A stretch of DNA of 64,000 nucleotides. Source: a virus (Duplodnaviria > Caudoviricetes). Made by a program: the position numbers and the translations under genes. The stretch is taken from the IMG/VR virus record IMGVR_UViG_3300035498_000371, positions 64,001 through 128,000 of that record, one strand, 5' to 3'. Below, one piece after another: positions 59,499 to 64,000 of the stretch (position 1 is its first letter; each line of letters begins with the position of its first letter). A model generated the notes under the pieces. That model had not been told where the DNA came from. It saw only the letters and a program-made list of their open reading frames with translations, and searched no databases.

Positions 59499-62288
59499 AT
59501 GGCTTTAGAAGATTTTAAGAACAATAACTCTCCATCAGATAAGAGAAAGTTGTTGGTTAGAATAGCAACTAATGTACTAAATATATATGGAATAGAGTAT
59601 AATATTGCCAGTGGAGATAGAGAAGACTTCATAGATGGTAAAGAGAATAAAAACTTTAATTCCATTTGTCTTTGCTTTAGTCTTGGTAAGAACGTTGGTA
59701 AGGCTTGTAAAGTGGTTAATAGAGAAATTAAGCAGTATGGTGGAAAGTTTAAGCATGATGAGCACGGTATTGGAATTCTCTATCTTAAAGATGATATCGG
59801 GGCAAATGAATTAGATCTACCAGATGTACAAGATGATATTCATTATATATTGGATAATACTCCTGATGATAGAATCTTTCTTACAACTGACTGGCATATC
59901 TTTGGTCATTACTACGGTAAAGGTAGAAATCCTGTCAATATACAGGAAATTGTTTCATGGTGTAAGAAGAATATTAAAGATGAAGATGTTCTTATAAACT
60001 GTGGAGATTTGACTCATAGATATGCTAATAAAGAGCATCAAGAAGAAGCAGCAAAGATTTATAGAAGTCTTCCTGGGATAAAAGTTCTTATTCTTGGTAA
60101 TCATGATATTGCTACCGGGGAAGATTTCTACACTAATTGCGGATTTGATTTTATATTCAAAAGATTGGTTCATAACGGCATAGTTTATAGCCATAGACCA
60201 GAGAATATCGAAGCCGATCCAGAATTATGGTTTAATATTCATGGGCATAAACACGATGTTCAGACTTATAACGTTACTAGTGGAGAAAATAGTGTAAACG
60301 TTTACCCAGCATTCTTCAATAATAAACCAACAACGCTGGATTATGTATTAAATCATAGAGATAAATTGACTAAAGATAACGTACAGGATTTCTGGTCTAA
60401 TTATACAGAGAGTGCATTAAATGAAACGAAGAGATCTGAACTTCCAGATTCTTCATTTGGTATTCCTGAAGATCGAAAGTTTCCATTAGATACAGAGCAG
60501 CATGTAAAATCTGCAATAAAATTATTTGGTCATGCTGAAGAATCCAAGAAGAAACAACTTGCACAAAGAATATCTACAGCCGCAAAAAGATATAATGTAA
60601 AGATCTCTGATACATGCCAGATTAATAAGTACTTAACAGAATCTGTTGAGCATATTATTCCTAAAGATATTGATACTCTTATCTTTGATATGGGTAAAGT
60701 ATTGGTTGGAGATACGACTAAAGATATGCTTACAGCATCTGATATGATTCCTAATGATGAAGTTGAAGGAATTTATAAATCTGTCGGTAAAATTCTCTTC
60801 ACAGATGAATCAGAGAATATGACTAAAGATGAAGCCATGCAGGAGTTCTACAATAAAGCTCCAGAGAAGTATAAGAAATATACTTCTACAATATTCCAGT
60901 GTATTGCTAATGGATTGAAGATTTATTCTTATACTTACGAGCTTCTTGATAAGCTTAAAGGAATGGGTTATAGAATCTATTACTTATCAAACTGGGAAAG
61001 ATGGACTTATGAGATAGAAGAAGATATATTTAAACCATTGCTTGATAAGTTCGATGGAGGATTATTCTCATTTTCTGAAGGCTGTAAAAAACCAGATGCA
61101 GAATTCTATATAAGATTGCTTGATAAGTATTCTTTACAAGCAGAGAGATGCGCTTTCTTTGATGATAAAGCAGAAAATCTTGCTGGAGCAGAATCTGTTG
61201 GTATAAAAGCCGTTCCATTTAATTATGAGAATACTTATAAGATGCTGGTAAGCGATATATCTGTAACTACAGAAGCTGCAGATGTGGCTTACGATAAGAA
61301 CACCATTCTTATCAATAAAGATAATGAATTAACTACGGTGGATATTAAGAATATTCCTCATTGGCACGTATGTGAATCAAGATACCCTGGAGAGATGAAT
61401 GAAGATTGTTATTATAAATCTCTTATTGAAGCAATAGAGAATTGCGGAATAATGGATAATATAGAAGATTCTAAACAAGCTTATGTGTTCATATGCAATG
61501 GTTTAAGACAGGATTGCGATGATTGTTTTCATCCAGTATGTGTTGGTATCATTAACGTAGATTCTAATAAACAATATGAATGGGTTATTCAGTATCCTGT
61601 AACGGTTGAGGGTGGTGTATACAAGAACGTTGTTTCTGCATCTGAATGGGCTATGGCTTCGATGAATCCTATAAAGCCAATTGCTAAACCATTCATATTA
61701 AAAATATCTCCTCAAGATGAGACTATAAGAACCAAGCAGTATTTATTCTCCCCAGATGTAATTGCTGATAAATATTTAGCAATATCTGAAGATGGTAAAT
61801 TATCTGTATTAAATCATAAAGACGTTGAGAATTTATATATTGAAGCCGAGTATAGATTCGTCGGTGATTCTCGTAGAATTAATAAGATTCGTGAGGCTTT
61901 AAAGAGTGGTAAGATTGTAGATAATACATTCTTCTATACTGCTCTTACTGGAAAACCATTACTTACAGAGGATCAGATTGATTTTGATTCTAATTTTGTT
62001 AAGATCGACTTCAGCAGAATGAGGAACAATATCTTATCCAATCTTGCTACAAATGAGTCTAAGTTTAATACTCTAATTGACAGTAATACTAATGGAGTAC
62101 TAATTACTGAAGGTTACAAATATGGATCTCTTAATGATAAATATGGGTTAAGGATTATGTATTCATTGGAAGGTTATTATGTAGAATCTTCTGTTCTTGG
62201 ATATAAGAGCCCATATTTTAATTCTGTTGATGAGATAACAATAGAAGTTGTAGAAACAATGCTAAATAAGAAACTGGAGGTGATGTAA
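59499..62288 (+). CDS. Polyvalent multidomain protein: calcineurin-like metallophosphoesterase, small LPDSSFG module, HAD phosphatase, C-terminal unknown domain
   Basis: TDWH, GD, GNHD, SH, HGHKH; RSELPDSSFGIPEDRKFPL; FDMGKVL, LSN, KKPD, FFDDKAEN; late motif GACA-ATAAAA-TA (59464-59475). Confidence 0.85.
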   Translation: MALEDFKNNNSPSDKRKLLVRIATNVLNIYGIEYNIASGDREDFIDGKENKNFNSICLCFSLGKNVGKACKVVNREIKQYGGKFKHDEHGIGILYLKDDIGANELDLPDVQDDIHYILDNTPDDRIFLTTDWHIFGHYYGKGRNPVNIQEIVSWCKKNIKDEDVLINCGDLTHRYANKEHQEEAAKIYRSLPGIKVLILGNHDIATGEDFYTNCGFDFIFKRLVHNGIVYSHRPENIEADPELWFNIHGHKHDVQTYNVTSGENSVNVYPAFFNNKPTTLDYVLNHRDKLTKDNVQDFWSNYTESALNETKRSELPDSSFGIPEDRKFPLDTEQHVKSAIKLFGHAEESKKKQLAQRISTAAKRYNVKISDTCQINKYLTESVEHIIPKDIDTLIFDMGKVLVGDTTKDMLTASDMIPNDEVEGIYKSVGKILFTDESENMTKDEAMQEFYNKAPEKYKKYTSTIFQCIANGLKIYSYTYELLDKLKGMGYRIYYLSNWERWTYEIEEDIFKPLLDKFDGGLFSFSEGCKKPDAEFYIRLLDKYSLQAERCAFFDDKAENLAGAESVGIKAVPFNYENTYKMLVSDISVTTEAADVAYDKNTILINKDNELTTVDIKNIPHWHVCESRYPGEMNEDCYYKSLIEAIENCGIMDNIEDSKQAYVFICNGLRQDCDDCFHPVCVGIINVDSNKQYEWVIQYPVTVEGGVYKNVVSASEWAMASMNPIKPIAKPFILKISPQDETIRTKQYLFSPDVIADKYLAISEDGKLSVLNHKDVENLYIEAEYRFVGDSRRINKIREALKSGKIVDNTFFYTALTGKPLLTEDQIDFDSNFVKIDFSRMRNNILSNLATNESKFNTLIDSNTNGVLITEGYKYGSLNDKYGLRIMYSLEGYYVESSVLGYKSPYFNSVDEITIEVVETMLNKKLEVM

Positions 62289-63775
62289 TGGATAAGAATA
62301 TTCAAGCAATGATAGAATCATTTAAAGAGTCTAATCCATCATCTTCTAAAGATATTAAATTTGTATTTGAAGGATATATTTGCCCTTACTTTACAATGGA
62401 TGAAGTTGCTCAACTTGAGGGCTATTATTCTGATAATGTAAACAAAGAGTATAGAGCTCTATATGAGCATATCGCTTGTCATGATACAAACTTTGGTAAA
62501 TCATGGGCTTCTAAAGTTGTAGAATTACAGAATCAGCTTAAAGTTGTTACAGAGCCAGAGCATATTGATCAGATTAAGCAGGAGCTTATAGATCTTGGTT
62601 GGAATCCTGAAATTGAGTATACTGCGGAGAATCAGATTAAAGCCAAGAAGAGATATGAAAATATATTAAACGAGAGGTACAATAGGTTTAATATTGTGGA
62701 TTGTACTAATATAAATATTTCTGATGTATTGGAAGAATCAAATGAATATGGAATTCTATATCCAATACATATTGTCTTGGTTAAAGGAGATCATCTTATA
62801 TCCAACGTTATTACTAAAGTAACAAATGGGGATTTCTCTCATTCTGGTTTGGCGTTGGATAATGATCTTAATAAGATTTACAGCTTTAACTTTGATAACA
62901 AATTCAATACTGGCGGTGGATTCTCTTTAGAGTCTATAAAAGAATATCCTAAAAATAATAGGCTTGCTGTTTACACAGTATTCGTTACTAAGCAGGCTTA
63001 CGACAAGGTATCAGAAAATCTTCAAAACTTCATGAATAATATAAAGAAGACTGGATATTCTATAGTAAATCTTGTTACGTTTCCATTTAAGAATATCAAG
63101 ATCAATATGAGTGACAATATGATTTGCTCTCAGTTTGTTGATTATATTCTTAATATAGCAAACGTTAATATAACAAAGGATGATGCTTCTAAGGTTTCTC
63201 CTAACGGATTATACTTTGCTATAAAATCAAATCCTAAAGCATATAAAGTCTTTGACGGTGAAGTAAAAGACTTTGATGCTAAGAAAATAAATAAGACTGT
63301 TAAGAAGATTTCTAAAACAGCTTCCCCAGCTAACGAAATACAGCAGTTGGAGCAAGCAATATTTGAAGCCAGAAAGATTCCAGTCGAAATTAATGCAGAT
63401 GGTGACGTATTACTCACAAATCCGTTTCCTGACTACTCTGCTGAATATTTCGCTTCTCATAAATTACTGCTTAATTATGAGAAGACTGGAAATATTGAAG
63501 GGATGAAATACGAGCTTGCTAGGCTCTATTATATGAATTATATTATAGAGAAGAAATTATATCATAATAAGAATCTTAAGAATAAGCAGGAGAACATCAA
63601 GACCAGAGCTAGAATTCTTAATGATTTCAATAAATATCTTAAATACGTTCTTTCTAAGGATAAGAATTTTAATTTCTCTGAGTATTATGAGGGTTCACCT
63701 TTCTATGCCCATACAATAGAAATTAAATCATCAACCATAGGCAAGATCAAAGATATTATAAGTTATATATTATAA
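62288..63775 (+). CDS. Putative virion protein with internal permuted NlpC/P60 (YiiX-like) domain
   Basis: GDFSHSGLAL (His before Cys), GYS, MICSQFV. Confidence 0.75.
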   Translation: MDKNIQAMIESFKESNPSSSKDIKFVFEGYICPYFTMDEVAQLEGYYSDNVNKEYRALYEHIACHDTNFGKSWASKVVELQNQLKVVTEPEHIDQIKQELIDLGWNPEIEYTAENQIKAKKRYENILNERYNRFNIVDCTNINISDVLEESNEYGILYPIHIVLVKGDHLISNVITKVTNGDFSHSGLALDNDLNKIYSFNFDNKFNTGGGFSLESIKEYPKNNRLAVYTVFVTKQAYDKVSENLQNFMNNIKKTGYSIVNLVTFPFKNIKINMSDNMICSQFVDYILNIANVNITKDDASKVSPNGLYFAIKSNPKAYKVFDGEVKDFDAKKINKTVKKISKTASPANEIQQLEQAIFEARKIPVEINADGDVLLTNPFPDYSAEYFASHKLLLNYEKTGNIEGMKYELARLYYMNYIIEKKLYHNKNLKNKQENIKTRARILNDFNKYLKYVLSKDKNFNFSEYYEGSPFYAHTIEIKSSTIGKIKDIISYIL

Positions 63776-63947
63776 AACAAACGAGGAGCCCCATAGTCTT
63801 TCGACTATGGGGTTGAACTCGCGGAAGAACGATAAGTGTTTTGAAAGTAGTCATTTATGACTTATGGCAGTTTATCTTTACTTATTATGTTATCAAATTA
63901 AATCTGTTGTACCATTTAAGTAAGGAAATTTAAGGAGGAATAAGCGA

Positions 63948-64000
63948 ATGAACGGAATTAAAGTGTATAAGTATGAAGGCGATGAATTACAGACTTATAG
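63948..64000 (+). CDS. Start of a CDS truncated by the window end
   Basis: AAGGAGG SD, then ATG AAC GGA ATT AAA... open to the window end. Confidence 0.6.
   Translation, partial: MNGIKVYKYEGDELQTY

Noticed and set aside
1-64000. Stop-codon reassignment (alternative genetic code)
   Set aside because: Conserved genes are full length in code 11, and TAA, TAG and TGA all serve as real stops before SD sites or terminators; the only split genes are explained by introns
1-64000. CRISPR array or integron-like cassette repeats from the many similar hairpins (GGAGTGG..CCACTCC, GGCTAGG..CCTAGCC, AGCAGAAATGCT)
   Set aside because: They are single hairpins after stop codons with T-tracts, not regularly spaced; best explained as intrinsic terminators
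1-64000. Phage nucleus shell (chimallin) or PhuZ tubulin
   Set aside because: No tubulin signature and nothing recognisable as chimallin in this window; cannot be excluded for the rest of the genome

Overview
AT-rich (about 30% GC by eye), standard-code segment of a jumbo myophage. It most resembles the AR9/PBS1/phiKZ-like lineage that encodes its own multisubunit RNA polymerases, and strong AGGAGG Shine-Dalgarno sites suggest a Firmicutes host. Recognisable content: tRNA-Lys(UUU); an RNAP beta'-C subunit plus SF2 helicase; a T4 gp21-type prohead protease divergent from a head operon (large inner-head protein, acidic scaffold-like protein, probable major capsid protein); SSB-like protein, GroEL-like chaperonin and primase; two related group I introns with HNH ORFs, one splitting the catalytic (DYDGD) beta'-N subunit and one splitting a probable sigma-like subunit; a DGR-type target gene with an intact variable repeat but no TR or RT in the window; an RtcB-PrfH pair; baseplate/tail-assembly genes; and many small accessory genes. 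Two promoter classes are readable: TATA(T/A)TATA (early-like) and (A/G)AC(A/T)-N6-TA (AR9 late-like). Most notable observations: (1) late-expressed multi-enzyme polyproteins whose domains are bracketed by prohead-protease-type [ILVF]-x-E motifs; (2) a recurring terminal peptide tag M-[CV]-[TKMH]-x-[VI] on about a dozen unrelated proteins; (3) an unannotated 53-aa gene that copies the capsid protein's C-terminal arm. All family calls come from motif recognition by eye; no database searches were run.
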